DNA of 64,000 bases. Source: Naegleria gruberi. Its lineage: Eukaryota. Below, piece by piece: positions 24,315 to 35,651 of this stretch (position 1 is its first letter; each line of letters opens with the position of its first letter). The position numbers and the translations under genes were made by a program. The notes under the pieces were generated by a model. It saw only the letters and a program-made list of their open reading frames with translations, was not told the origin of the DNA and made no database searches. The stretch is from NCBI GenBank assembly GCA_000004985.1, contig GG738856.1. One strand, given 5' to 3'.

Positions 24315-25222
24315 TTAATCAAAAATTTTTGGGTTTTGCAATCTTTTTTTGAGTTGAGGATTTCTTTCAACTAGAGCGCCTAATTTGAAAACCTCTTTTT
24401 GAGCTAGGCTTTGTCCACTTTGATAGAATTCGTCTGGACTGACATGGTTGTGCACAAACCTTCTTTTCTTGTAGCAGTCAATGGATGCCACAGGTGTATT
24501 ACACAATAAACATTTCAGTTCCTTGTCTTGATCGTAAGCCTGATGAGAATACCTCTCAAAACATTCGTGACACATTGCCAAATGCCTTCTCAATGGTGAA
24601 TCATTTGAATTTTTTGAAAAACAACTTACCTGCAAGGATTGAAAATAATATCAGCATCGTCACTAAAGCAAATGCAACAACTTTTCCCATTAGTTATCAC
24701 ATCTGGTTGTTTGTCATTGGAATGATTCGATCCGATCACCATTGAAAGAGTGCTTAAGAACTCATTCACCTTTTTTCGAATAAAACTCAGTTGAGTTTTG
24801 TTATACCTATCCGATAATTGTTTCGGATTATAGTCCAACAATTGGAAATCATTTACATGAATCATATGGATTGATTCTCTCGCACCATTGATATATCCAT
24901 CCTGATAAATTACTTTACTCTTTAAATAATCCTTGTAATAAAACAACAATCTCCGAATCAAAGCACAAACTAAGTATAATACAAAAAATCCCTGATCTCG
25001 CTTATAATAATTTACAATATAATAACAAATGAAAAATCCATCACTCTCGTATAATATTAATCCCCACCACAATAATCTACAAATTATAAAAGGAATACTC
25101 AGAATTTGAAAAAATTCAGGAGTTTTCCCAACAATAAACAATGGAATGAAAGGATGTATCAGTGCCAAATATCCATACGTTTCATAATCGTCTAAGTAAT
25201 TCCCATCTCCAAGTGTAAACAT
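24315..25222 (-). CDS. Transmembrane RING-finger (C3HC4) E3 ligase-like protein. Two exons: 25222..24630 and ~24585..24315.
   Basis: Hydrophobic helices at the N-terminus. The RING is split by a 44-nt intron (GTAAGT..GAGAAG): CCICFSDDADIIFNPC|R|HLAMCHEC...CLLCNTP gives C-x2-C-x11-C-x-H-x3-C-x2-C-x16-C-x2-C. An alternative acceptor 3 nt upstream is also in frame. Confidence 0.65.
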
Positions 25223-25372
25223 TTTTTTGGCTTGCTATTTTGAAGAATTTGATAAAAATAGTTGTGATTTGTTTTACATCAAGACAATTAATGCAAAATT
25301 AATAAACAACCATCAATTCCTGGATTAATTGAACAAGTATTGCCGAGCCAAATAATCTAGTGATGGATGTGT

Positions 25373-25765
25373 TTATTCCATTGTCAAGATGTGTTTATGA
25401 GTACCAGTGGTTGCTTCGGAATCGACAACTACAACATTCAGGACTATACTTTCATTCTTCATGGAACACATTCCCTTATCACTACAAACATACAATCTAC
25501 AATCAATAGTGACAGTAACAGGTGTGGATGATGTCTTGTGTCCATTCAATTGAATATCAATTTTAGTAGCAGCTCCGAGCTTTCCTGTGGCTGGTGATGA
25601 GATGGAAACAATGCTTTCATCACTGGATTTAATATTGAAACTGTTAGGAGCATCCTTATTCAAGTGGATTCCATTTTGTTCCTGGAATGAAATGGTATAC
25701 TTTCCTCCTGCAGAGGCACTGATTTGAAATTCTGATGGGATTTGGATTGTCTTACTTCCGAACAT
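25373..25765 (-). CDS. Hypothetical small beta-rich protein (130 aa)
   Basis: Uninterrupted ORF with ATG start. No family recognised. Confidence 0.35.
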   Translation of the reverse strand: MFGSKTIQIPSEFQISASAGGKYTISFQEQNGIHLNKDAPNSFNIKSSDESIVSISSPATGKLGAATKIDIQLNGHKTSSTPVTVTIDCRLYVCSDKGMCSMKNESIVLNVVVVDSEATTGTHKHILTME

Positions 25766-25910
25766 TTTTTTTGATTGAGTTTTTCATATTTCTATTATAA
25801 TTAATATGTCATTGTAAAGAATATATGAAGAGTTATAAAATTAGGCGAAATTAGTGACCTCTATTTTCTTTTTCTTTTGGTGCGAATATTGTAAATTAGT
25901 GCCATTTCAA

Positions 25911-26657
25911 TTATCGTTTCAATAATTGAAATAACTTTCTCAAAATCCAAAAGATTCCTAATAAGCTAACATATGGAAATATGTATTGCATAAATTCCCT
26001 ACTTATTGCAGTGGAAGAATCTTTTCTCTGTTTTGATTTAGCAAATTGTTTAGTTTTCTCAGATTTTGTTGATGAATTAGTGAAAAAGTAATCAAACATT
26101 TCAGAAAACCACTCATTCAATGAAAATTGCGAAACAAACTTCTTGTAATCAGTCATGAACTGTTTTTCCTTCTGATGAAAAGATTTGTACTCGCTCATTA
26201 ATTTAAGGACTGATTCATGCTCATCCTTTGTCAAATTATTCATTATCCAATCATACAAATGTGGATATCGACTCCAAGAAAAATTAGGAAATGCTCTATA
26301 ATATTCAATTAAATCACCCGATGTAAGAGTTTCATTATTTTCACTTTGTGATTTGATAATTATTAATTCATTTCCAGAAATTAAGAATTGCTTCTTGTTC
26401 GGAAATAAAACTAACTCTCCACTTTTAATGTACTCTATCGGATCGATGCTGTTCTCATAAAAAGGCTTTGTCATCCTCCCTCTCGATAAATCAATCCGAA
26501 TTAAATCGTCATTTGAATAATTAAACGTTCCGAATGTTGTTGTTTGATTTTTCAACTTTTCATCCCTCTCCTCCGAGTTTATTGATTTTATCTTCTCTTC
26601 TTCCTGTGATAATTGATATTGCAACTTGCAGATATCAGCAAGGCTCAGTTGCGTCAT
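25911..26657 (-). CDS. Hypothetical tail-anchored membrane protein (248 aa)
   Basis: Single C-terminal hydrophobic segment (YVSLLGIFWILRKLF) followed by basic residues. No family recognised. Confidence 0.4.
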   Translation of the reverse strand: MTQLSLADICKLQYQLSQEEEKIKSINSEERDEKLKNQTTTFGTFNYSNDDLIRIDLSRGRMTKPFYENSIDPIEYIKSGELVLFPNKKQFLISGNELIIIKSQSENNETLTSGDLIEYYRAFPNFSWSRYPHLYDWIMNNLTKDEHESVLKLMSEYKSFHQKEKQFMTDYKKFVSQFSLNEWFSEMFDYFFTNSSTKSEKTKQFAKSKQRKDSSTAISREFMQYIFPYVSLLGIFWILRKLFQLLKR

Positions 26658-26993
26658 TTTTTTTACTGTAAATTAATCCTAAAATCATTGATAATTGGCA
26701 TGAAATTCAAAGTCTATTATCACTACTTGTTGGTAAAGCACACAGAAAATATTACTCATGTTCTCTTAATTCAAGATAATACCTCATGATCCTATTGGGA
26801 TCAGCTACACTGAAATAAAATTTTTTACTGTAAATTGAAATATTTTACAAAATAATTGAAAAATCTACTTTACAATATCATTGATCAATCCAAACATCCA
26901 ATCCAATGCCTCAGTCCACGTTTATTCAGGTAAGGAATTTGAGAAAACAATAATCTGTCACTTGTAATTTCCACATGATTATAATTAAAAAAA

Positions 26994-28741
26994 ATGTCAA
27001 CACCTCCACCTTCCTTCCATCACCATACAAGTCGATACGAAGTTGAAGATGGTTATGTAAATGATGGACTAAACTATTATCATAACGATGAGACATCACA
27101 TAACCATGCGGAAAGTGAAGGTGAATTATCATCCAATTTTTCACATCAAAATTTCTTCCAAACTCCAAATCAACCACAATCACAACAACAATCACAACAA
27201 CAAGAGGATTACTTTTATCCACAACAACAATATTATCCACCTTCTTCTCCTTATTCGTATCAGATTAGACATGCCACATCAACGAATTCTTCACAACAGT
27301 CAACCGAGTCTTTTTTTACATTCATTAATAGATATGAAAAAGATGAAGCAAGAGAGGCTGAAGAACAAGAATCGAAGGGAAAATCAGAAAATGTTTCGGA
27401 TAAAAATCAATTAAATTCTGTTTCGGAAACAAAGGATGATATTTCAATATTGTTGAGAATTTATTCGAGGAGATTTACACCAGAATGTGTTGGGCGTATA
27501 GTTTCGTTTCTTCCAGTTTCTGTGTCATCATTAGTCAGTAAATCCTATCAATTGGGTAAGTTTTTAATTATTTCGAATATATTATTAACTGTTTGTTAGT
27601 TTTTGATGTCACCCATTATAAATCCCTCTATCAATTTGGGTACAATCACTATTATTCGAAACAGAGTGAACACATTTACAAACGTGTCAATGCAACATGG
27701 AAAGAAACTCTATTAGAAATGTACAAGATGCAATTCAGAGAAAAGGAACAAATTTTGTCGAGTAAATTTCCTCATCCCTCTGTAAAACTCACTCAAAATT
27801 TTATGGGATTTGTCAACTCTGAAGATTTATTTAATTTAAAGATTAAGAATGATTTTGAAAATAGAAAATTGAGATTTACAATGATCACCTATGAAAAGTA
27901 TAATACATCTGATATGTTCAAGCTCTTTACAAAGAATAATCAGAACAAAATTTTATTGGATGACAATCTCTCTGTAGAATACGAAATGAATGTAAGTTTG
28001 AAATTATAATTTTCAGTTGACCAAGAATGATTTGTTCAGTATGTTGGATATTTATTACCTGGATCACATGATTTTTCCAATTTTGAAAGTGCAGATGCAA
28101 TTATTTTAACATACAGCGTCATTGATTTTAATTTATTTTACACAATGTCATCGTGGATCAATTTATTGGAAACAATAGCTCCAGATGTTCCTGTAATTTT
28201 ACTTGGCACTCATGCTAACTATAGAAAAGATTCCCATATCATGTCAAAATTGAGAAAGAAGGAACGTTATGTCATGAGATTTATGGAATGTATTGAACTT
28301 GCCAAGAGATTTAATATTCTCTCATATTTGGAAATGGATGCCTGTAACTATGTTGGATATGAAAAGGAGATTTCATCTTGTGAAGAGGAAGAAAAGCATC
28401 ATATTGAACCAAATCAATCCAATCATTCAGAAAATATAATCAATGAAGAATCAGTGCCTTCTCAACAATCAACAACTAATAATGAATCTCAAATCTTATA
28501 TGATGATGACGATGTTCCAATAGAGACAATCATTGATATTTCATCAGAACAAGTACTTACTCCATTTATTGAACTACCAGATAACATCTCCAACCAAATT
28601 CATCAAACTCTAATTGCATCTTCCAAGGCAGCCATTCATTTTGCTCATGTAAATAATGAAATTTCTATCAGAAACTTTTGGAAAGGAACAACCTCTTTCT
28701 ACAGTGAATGTATGCCTTCAAGAAAGTGTTCCATCCAATAA
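26994..28741 (+). CDS. Rho/Ras-like small-GTPase-fold protein with degenerate P-loop and switch II (putative pseudo-GTPase) and a Q-rich N-terminus. Three exons: 26994..27555, 27600..27991, 28040..28741.
   Basis: Exon 3 aligns with the Rho G3–G4 region but DTAGQE is replaced by LPGSHDF (YLLPGSHDF...AIILTYSV...VPVILLGTHANYR). Exon 2 lacks GxxxxGKT. Introns are 44 nt (GTAAGT..TTAAC..TTGTTAG) and 48 nt (GTAAGT..TTGTTCAG), phases 1 and 0. Confidence 0.5.
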
Positions 28742-28862
28742 AGATTTCAATTTTGCCTTCTCTCAACCTTGCCTCCCAATAATATTGAGGTATTTAAAAA
28801 GGAATTTGTAAAGCCAAAATTCGTTCCGAAAATAATTTTTCTCTTTAAAAAAAAAATTTAAA

Positions 28863-29125
28863 ATGCCAGGTAAAGAAGGTGGTAAAGTCAAACCAGTACG
28901 TATTTTGTAGTTCTTTTTTGAAATGCTCACTAATAACCAACTATAATTTGTATGATGAAAATTATTAAAATAATAACAAATATTGATAACGGAAAATAGT
29001 TGAAGAAGCCAAAGAAGGACGACTCTGTTATGGATGAATCTGATGTTGCTTTCAAGCAAAAGCAAAAGGAAGAAGCCAAGGCTCTCGAAAAGGCTAAACA
29101 AGAATTGGCCAAGAAGAAGAAATAA
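28863..29125 (+). CDS. TMA7: Translation machinery-associated protein 7 (TMA7). Two exons: 28863..28895 and 29000..29125.
   Basis: MPGKEGGKVKP|LKKPKKDDSVMDESDVAFKQKQKEEAKALEKAKQELAKKKK matches the conserved TMA7 sequence (MSGREGGKKKPLKQPKK...AFKQKQKEE...). 104-nt intron GTACGT..AAAATAG. Too short to appear in the ORF track. Confidence 0.7.
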
Positions 29126-29337
29126 ATTATCTTCCTTTTTGAACACCAACGAAATTATATCTGTGCTGAAACATCATATCTTGGCAATTTCTCTTGCCCT
29201 ACATCATCACAAAATAAATTTTCTAGTAGATAAATTTAAATTTAATTAGTGTTGTAACGTTATTGAAATTTAAAACCGGCTTATACAAAACAAGGGAACA
29301 TGACAACAACTTACACACGCAAGTTCATAACAAAAAA

Positions 29338-30909
29338 ATGTATTATTACTTTGGTGCAATTCCAATTTGCATTGTGAAGGATTTTGAATTGATGAATAAG
29401 AAATTCGTCAATCATGCTAATCATCAACAAGCTGACAAACTGATGAGTCCATTGGTAGCTTGTTGGAAATATCATTCCGCATGTTTTTCCTCTTTAATTA
29501 GCAAGGAATTGGATGCTCAGGGAAGATTAGTTCGAATGTTCTTTTACAATTTGGAGCAACAGATGAATGCAATCTCTTTTCAATTGTGTTTATTGGATGA
29601 AGATGAAAGGCCAGTGAATAGATTTGATTCTTTCTATCTGCCCCAGCTCATAGCAAGAAGTGTCTATTGTATCTGTACTAGACTTCATTCATCATTAACA
29701 GAGTGCAATTTGGAGTCTTCTTTCCAGGATGTTTCAGAACAATTTGGAAAGGTAGTCGAGTTTTTGGTTGGTGGAATGGAACATGTAAGGAGTACGAAGG
29801 GATTTGATGAATGTGTAAGAAGGTTGACAATTCTAATTGTTAGTAATGAGTGTAATGCAGAGTTTAAACAAGCTCTCTTGTTGATTTACTTATCTTGCTT
29901 ATGTGATAGATATGTAGATATTGAGGTGAAGAGTGAATATCCATTAATTACTTACACCAATGAGTTGGCCAGATTGATTTCTTATCCGATTGACTCGAAT
30001 AGAATTGTGGAATTTGTTTCAAATGATTTTTATAAGAATTTTGAAATTACAAAAGATACTCAACTTGAACATATTTTGGATGATTTTGAAAATGAGGAAA
30101 CATTGGAAAATAACCTTATTGCTTTTACACAATATTCATATTTTGAGAAGACTGTTTTTGCTCCTCAATTAAGACAATTGAGTTTTCCATTCTTGAAGCA
30201 GACACCTTTCGGTGATTGCCAAGAGTTGAATCTTTTTGAGATGTTTATCAACAATTTTATATTTAATCATCAAACTAAAAAGTATGATCTTTCATTGCTT
30301 CCAGATAATGTCAATTTCAATAAGGAAATTGAAAGACTTTTATTGGACTATGATTTAGATCCTAAACATGTAAATTGCCTTTCTTTTAGATCCAGATATC
30401 ACACAATTTTACAAGGAAAACCAGAGGTCTTTCAATATGTTAATGCAAGCTTTTTAACTGAACCAGAAAAAGATTACGAAGTGGATGTGTCAGCCTTCAA
30501 TATCCTTGCATATTGTGAGTGGCTATTTGGTATTTCATTAGAAAAGAAGGCTCCACTCAACAAATTCCTCAATTTCGATTCCTATCTCGAATTAAGAAAA
30601 TCAAAACAGGATAATTCCTGTTCCATCTCCTATGAGGATATCACCATATTGAAACAAGCTAGATTGAGATTTTGTTTGGAAAAAGGATTCAAGAAGGAAA
30701 AGAAACAACTTGAATTGGCTTTCAAAGAACTTTCTGCCAAGTTGACCACAAAGGATAGATCAATAGAAATCAAAATGGACAGAACAACAAAACAAAATCA
30801 CAACCTAATCATTGCCAAGTATCATTCTCTCAACAACAATAATTTATCATATGAAATAATAGCAGATCAATATGGAGCTCATGTAGCCACTTACCGAAAT
30901 GCAAAATAA
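29338..30909 (+). CDS. Hypothetical protein (~520 aa)
   Basis: Long ORF. First ATG at 29338 (MYYYFGAIP...). No recognisable domain. Confidence 0.45.
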   Translation: MYYYFGAIPICIVKDFELMNKKFVNHANHQQADKLMSPLVACWKYHSACFSSLISKELDAQGRLVRMFFYNLEQQMNAISFQLCLLDEDERPVNRFDSFYLPQLIARSVYCICTRLHSSLTECNLESSFQDVSEQFGKVVEFLVGGMEHVRSTKGFDECVRRLTILIVSNECNAEFKQALLLIYLSCLCDRYVDIEVKSEYPLITYTNELARLISYPIDSNRIVEFVSNDFYKNFEITKDTQLEHILDDFENEETLENNLIAFTQYSYFEKTVFAPQLRQLSFPFLKQTPFGDCQELNLFEMFINNFIFNHQTKKYDLSLLPDNVNFNKEIERLLLDYDLDPKHVNCLSFRSRYHTILQGKPEVFQYVNASFLTEPEKDYEVDVSAFNILAYCEWLFGISLEKKAPLNKFLNFDSYLELRKSKQDNSCSISYEDITILKQARLRFCLEKGFKKEKKQLELAFKELSAKLTTKDRSIEIKMDRTTKQNHNLIIAKYHSLNNNNLSYEIIADQYGAHVATYRNAK

Positions 30910-30961
30910 AGTCTTAAAACTTTTTGGCGCCAATTTTGGTGGTTTTTCAACTTTAAAAAAA

Positions 30962-31975
30962 ATGAGCGAAGAACCACAAGAAATCCACGCAGAGAAACGA
31001 TCGAGGAGAGCAAGAAGAGTACCACGGAATAAAACACAACAGGATGCAGCAATAGGTCTTGATGAGTCTGTTATTATTGATGAGACCAATCAATCTATAA
31101 TTGCAACAACTGTAGAATCGGAGAAAGAGGAACAAACAAATAATAATCAATCAATTATTGTACAACAACAAGAAAGTCAAACTAAATCTTCAGAGAATGT
31201 GCTCACCACAACTAAATTATTATCAATAGAGAAGATTTATAAAATAGTTAGGAGCAAGATTGAAAGTTCTAATACATCATCTGATGATAATGATAATTCA
31301 AAGTTTGTTTTGACATTGACTGAGAATCAAATCAAATTACGTCTAAACATTGCAAAGGAGAGGAAATTAGCCTCATTACCAGAGGCTGTTGTCAATAAGA
31401 TTTGTGACATTTTCTCAATTGCTGTTTGTTATTTGTGGAAAGTGGAGGAAAAACAAAACTTTTTACTGAATTGTTTTGGATCTTCATACATGTTGGCTCT
31501 TCGTGAAATATTAATGAAATTTTACATTCCTCTGAAAGATGATCCAATGTCAAATCAAACCCTTCGATTTCTTGTACCTGAGGAAGTGAAAGATTATGAA
31601 AAGCTTGACAAGATCTTGGAAGAGCAAGAAAAAGTTATTTCAGCAATGAATACAAGCAAAACTACTTCTGAAAAGAAAGAGAGTGACGTTGATTCATCTC
31701 TCTATGAGCTCATTCAGAAACACCAAGAAAGATACCAAAACAGGCAGAGTAAATTCCTTACAGGGCTAGCAAACCCAGAAAATTTCCTTAAAGATGCCGA
31801 CCTATTCAGACAACAAAGAATCAAAAAGTCTGAAGCACAGAGAAAGCAAAGAAAAGCTATGCTTGATAGAAAGAAGTTAGCACATTCAAGCACAATCAAA
31901 GCTGAATCACTTCCAGATAATAGATTTACAGCTGGTATTAAGGTTAAGAGCAAGAAAAAGAAAACCAAGAAATAA
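30962..31975 (+). CDS. Hypothetical K/E/S-rich protein (~337 aa), probably nuclear
   Basis: ORF with ATG at 30962 (MSEEPQ...). Basic N-terminal stretch (KRSRRARRVPR) and lysine-rich C-terminus. Confidence 0.4.
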   Translation: MSEEPQEIHAEKRSRRARRVPRNKTQQDAAIGLDESVIIDETNQSIIATTVESEKEEQTNNNQSIIVQQQESQTKSSENVLTTTKLLSIEKIYKIVRSKIESSNTSSDDNDNSKFVLTLTENQIKLRLNIAKERKLASLPEAVVNKICDIFSIAVCYLWKVEEKQNFLLNCFGSSYMLALREILMKFYIPLKDDPMSNQTLRFLVPEEVKDYEKLDKILEEQEKVISAMNTSKTTSEKKESDVDSSLYELIQKHQERYQNRQSKFLTGLANPENFLKDADLFRQQRIKKSEAQRKQRKAMLDRKKLAHSSTIKAESLPDNRFTAGIKVKSKKKKTKK

Positions 31976-31996
31976 AGATAATTTGTAAATTATTCA

Positions 31997-33055
31997 TTAT
32001 TTGATTTTGTTTTTTTTGGTTTTTGGCTGCTCTTCAAATGAGTTGTGAAATTGGAGTTGATTTGTAGAGATTTCAGTTGCGGTTTTTTTTGGACGACCTC
32101 TAGTCTTACCAGTATTTGAGAATTTGCATTCTTTCCCCAATCTAAAACATCTACTACAAGGATCCTTTCCATCACATTTCTTTTTTGCTATTCTACATGT
32201 ACTACATGCCATTTTGGTTCGTTCTGGGCTGAATGAAGAGTTTTCCTCATTGCATGTATCATTAGAAGATGTCGAAGAATTAGTATTTACAGGATGATAT
32301 GGTTTTCTCTTCAATGAGACATCTGGTATCTCTTTTGTGGCATTCATGTCAGATGTCGAATGATTTACATGAGATATTTCCCGTCCTGCATGCATGTGCA
32401 TGTTGTGATAAGATGCATGTTCAGATGAAGATACATGGTTGGTATGTGTTGCTACAGTGCATGTATCAGTGTTATTTGCATCATGCTTAACATTCATGTT
32501 ACATGAAGTGTTTATAGATGTGCCTTTCGCATGCATATCGTCGGTTTTCATTGGAAAGGTAGAATGATAGGAGAGTGGATGGTGGATTTGGGAAGAGGAT
32601 ACTGGAGAAAATGGCATGGGTGAAGTATGTTTGGTGTTGTATTTGGTCAGTCTGTTGGATGAATTAAACACTTGGTGCATCATAGAAGCATGTATGTTAT
32701 TGGCATGTAGATCATAAAGTAAAGATGATGGACTTTTGCTACCTGTTGGTGGTCTAGAACGGCTTGATATCTGTGATGATTCAGATAGGAGTGTATTGAT
32801 TGGTGGAAGTCTAATGTCTTCTTGATTGGGAGAAGGTGAAATAGATGAATAATTGTGGAACATGTGACTGGATGTACCAGCATTGTCTCCCTTCATCACA
32901 GATGATGCTGATCCATTAGATGGTTGTATGTTATAAGGTACATCATTGGTTGGAGGACTAGTAGTATTGGTAGTATTGGTATACTGTGATGTAAAGTATT
33001 GTTGCGAGGAGTAAATCGGTGGAGAATGATGGCTGCCTGGCATTGCCATTAACAT
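31997..33055 (-). CDS. Zn(II)2Cys6 binuclear-cluster (GAL4-type) DNA-binding protein, with the domain at the C-terminus
   Basis: Canonical CSTCRIAKKKCDGKDPCSRCFRLGKEC (C-x2-C-x6-C-x5-C-x2-C-x6-C) followed by a basic stretch. The N-terminal 300 aa are S/T/N/H-rich low complexity. Confidence 0.7.
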   Translation of the reverse strand: MLMAMPGSHHSPPIYSSQQYFTSQYTNTTNTTSPPTNDVPYNIQPSNGSASSVMKGDNAGTSSHMFHNYSSISPSPNQEDIRLPPINTLLSESSQISSRSRPPTGSKSPSSLLYDLHANNIHASMMHQVFNSSNRLTKYNTKHTSPMPFSPVSSSQIHHPLSYHSTFPMKTDDMHAKGTSINTSCNMNVKHDANNTDTCTVATHTNHVSSSEHASYHNMHMHAGREISHVNHSTSDMNATKEIPDVSLKRKPYHPVNTNSSTSSNDTCNEENSSFSPERTKMACSTCRIAKKKCDGKDPCSRCFRLGKECKFSNTGKTRGRPKKTATEISTNQLQFHNSFEEQPKTKKNKIK

Positions 33056-33370
33056 TTTGTTTTGGATTAGTTGAGTTGTTTTTTTTGAGTAAGAAGGCGA
33101 CTAGAGTCGCAATCATAAAGTAGGGTATGTCTTTTGAATCATTGTGTTTTTGTTGTTTAGTAGCCAAAAAGGCCCAATCGACTGAAATTGTTTGATGGCT
33201 TGGTGACATGTTCATATGAATTGTGATTCAACACTATTCTAAAACAAGCAAATGTTGGGTAAATAACAAGAATACATGCGGCTCATTTGTTGCTTGATTC
33301 CCTTCAATTTTGTCAATGCTGTTTAACCCGCTACTTTTTGGGTTCCCTGTCAAAATATGTCAAAACTCTT

Positions 33371-34595
33371 TTATGGAAAATCAGAGTTTCCAATAAAGCC
33401 GGTTAATGAAGCTGCGAAGTCGTTTGGATTGTCTGCGTGCACCCAGTGAGATGCATTCTTTAATTGTTTCTCAAGTTCAAACAAAGTACAACTATTGAAA
33501 ACTTACCTTAATTGTTTTGAATTTGGCGCGAGGAAAAAATAATTTTGTAATTTCCTCGTACTTGTCTGTGACGTACATTGAATTCTCTCCTCTCAAAAAC
33601 AAAATATTATCGTAATTATATTGAATTGGTGCTAATTGAGCGTAAATACCAAGAGGATCATCTCTTACTTTGAATGGGAAGGAACCAATTTGAATTAAAT
33701 ATTCTTCAATAACATCTAAATTACATCTCCATTCCCATTTGACAGAGTTGTCGTCCAACGTTTTTCTCATAAGATTAGTAAGAAGGAATAAACGAACATC
33801 CCTTGAAATGTTTCCATTTGATAAATCTTTGAGAATTATCTCAGCTTGATTTCTAGTTTTAAGTTTGGAAAGATCTATTCCTTTCATTGCCTTGATGTGA
33901 TTTTGAATAACCCATCTAGAGTCTTGAGTATAATCAACAGGTGAAATATCCACGACTACTATCTTGTTGAATTTTTTCAATAATTCCTTCTCGTTACCAT
34001 TCATAGTTTCTCTTAAAAGCATGTTCATGATAGCTTTACCAGACATGGAGTGTCCGACCAGGTTTACTTTTTCTAATTGTTGTTCTTCACATAAATTCAA
34101 AATATCATCAGCCAAATCATCGTAGGTCATTGATTTAGTATGAAGACTTCTTCCGTGATTTCTACAATCCATCAAGAAGGCTTCTCTTTCTCCTTTCAAT
34201 AATTCTGGATGATAATTATTGATGAGGGAGACATAATTCTGACTACTTCCCAATAATCCATGCATAAATAATAGAGTATCTTTTTTAATAATCGATTCCG
34301 AGCCTCCATTTGTTTTTAATTCTTCATATTGTCCTCGAGAATATTGTTTTCCTTCCGCATCAAATCTTAGGAAGAACAAATGACTATCAAGTACTACATC
34401 TTCATCATCATTCTTCTTATTAGAGAGACAATGTCCAGTAGAAAATGAAACTCTCTGTATTGTTGTTGTATCAAATAATAAATTAATTGTTTTTTTCAAT
34501 TCAAGTGCGTAATGTTGTTGTGGAAAGTGTGAATGTTTGACCCTTGTGAGAAGACCTCTTCTTGGGCTTGACGTGTTGAATGTGAGTCTGTTCAT
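33371..34595 (-). CDS. Alpha/beta-hydrolase, ABHD11/Imo32-like. Two exons: 34595..33507 and 33457..33371.
   Basis: Oxyanion/HG motif (LLFMHGLLGS). Nucleophile elbow GHSMSG. The catalytic His (NASHWVHADNP) is supplied by a short 3' exon after a 49-nt intron (GTAAGT..AATTAAAG). N-terminal presequence-like region. Confidence 0.75.
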
Positions 34596-34986
34596 TTTTT
34601 TAGACAGTCAACTTGCTAAAATATTAAAAGAGGAAATTAGATGACCATGTTGGGCATGAACACACAAACCAAGTCAATTAAATACTATTCTTTCATTAAT
34701 TTTCCTCCCTTGGCCTGTTCAGTATTTTATGCGCAATCTACAGTTTCAATTATGAAAAACTGTAGATTATTAAGCACCATTTCCTTCTTGTAAAAACATT
34801 GTTCATCATTACACTTGTACAGTTGCAAGACACAGTTAGCTTTCTTGTGATTGACTCTAATATTTAATCAGTTAGTATTCCAATATTCAATAATAGGAAA
34901 TGAGCAACAATGGAAGATAACAACAACTGTTGCTGTGAAATTCCTTATTCAATTAAAATTAATAAAAAAATCCAAAAACAAAAAAA

Positions 34987-35495
34987 ATGAAAAGTTTCTT
35001 CAAAGATTTTTTTGGTGGTTCTCGAAGTGGTGATGACAATCAAGAAACAACAGATTTAAAACAAGTATCCGAGTGGACAAAGGCTGATTTTTTGGAATAT
35101 ATTCATTCAAAGGAATTGGGAGATATTATTTTGGAGTGTAGGTTTAAATTCAAATTTTAATTAATCAATAATCGGAATGGATTAAAGCTGTGAAAGAGAG
35201 TGATTACTTTGATCAAATTACAGATTATACTAAATTAAACTTCTCGGATTTACTTGTAATTTTAACAAACAATGATGCCTCCACTGTTTTAAATTCTCTT
35301 GCTCACGATTATCCATCAATTTTCAAACCAATTAAAAAGTATGACAGTTATTTGCACACTAGTAATTCTGTTTCTGTGATTAGACACAGCGGAATGGATA
35401 AAGCAAATATGTTCGATAATTATGATGGACAGCACATTAACGATGATACTGCTCCAACACAACAAACCACCACCATCGAAGAAGAACAAAATTAA
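34987..35495 (+). CDS. Small SAM-like domain protein (~152 aa). Two exons: 34987..35137 and 35188..35495.
   Basis: ATG at 34987. 50-nt intron (GTAGGT..GATTAAAG) in phase 1, joining ...DIILE|SVKESDYF.... The sequence pattern (EWTKADFLEYI...LLVILTNND) is SAM-like. Function uncertain. Confidence 0.4.
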
Positions 35496-35651
35496 TTTAT
35501 CATCATCAAAATAAATCTCAATTGTAAATAAAATTCATCAATATTCTCAATCTTCTAAATTTATCCCTCATTGCTTTATTCATCTGTGTAGATGAATAAT
35601 CAATAAGAATCTTCAATATCAAACCAGGGCTGGACTCGAGATTACAAAAAA

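Noticed and set aside
24586-24640. ORF-track extensions 24626..25222 and 24315..24635 overlapping by 10 nt, which could suggest overlapping genes
   Set aside because: Explained by a 44-nt intron splitting one RING-finger gene. The overlap is intronic.
29034-29249. 71-aa basic ORF (MNLMLLSSKSKRKKPRL…) listed in the ORF track
   Set aside because: It overlaps TMA7 exon 2 in another frame. The TMA7 frame has a strong homology-based explanation.
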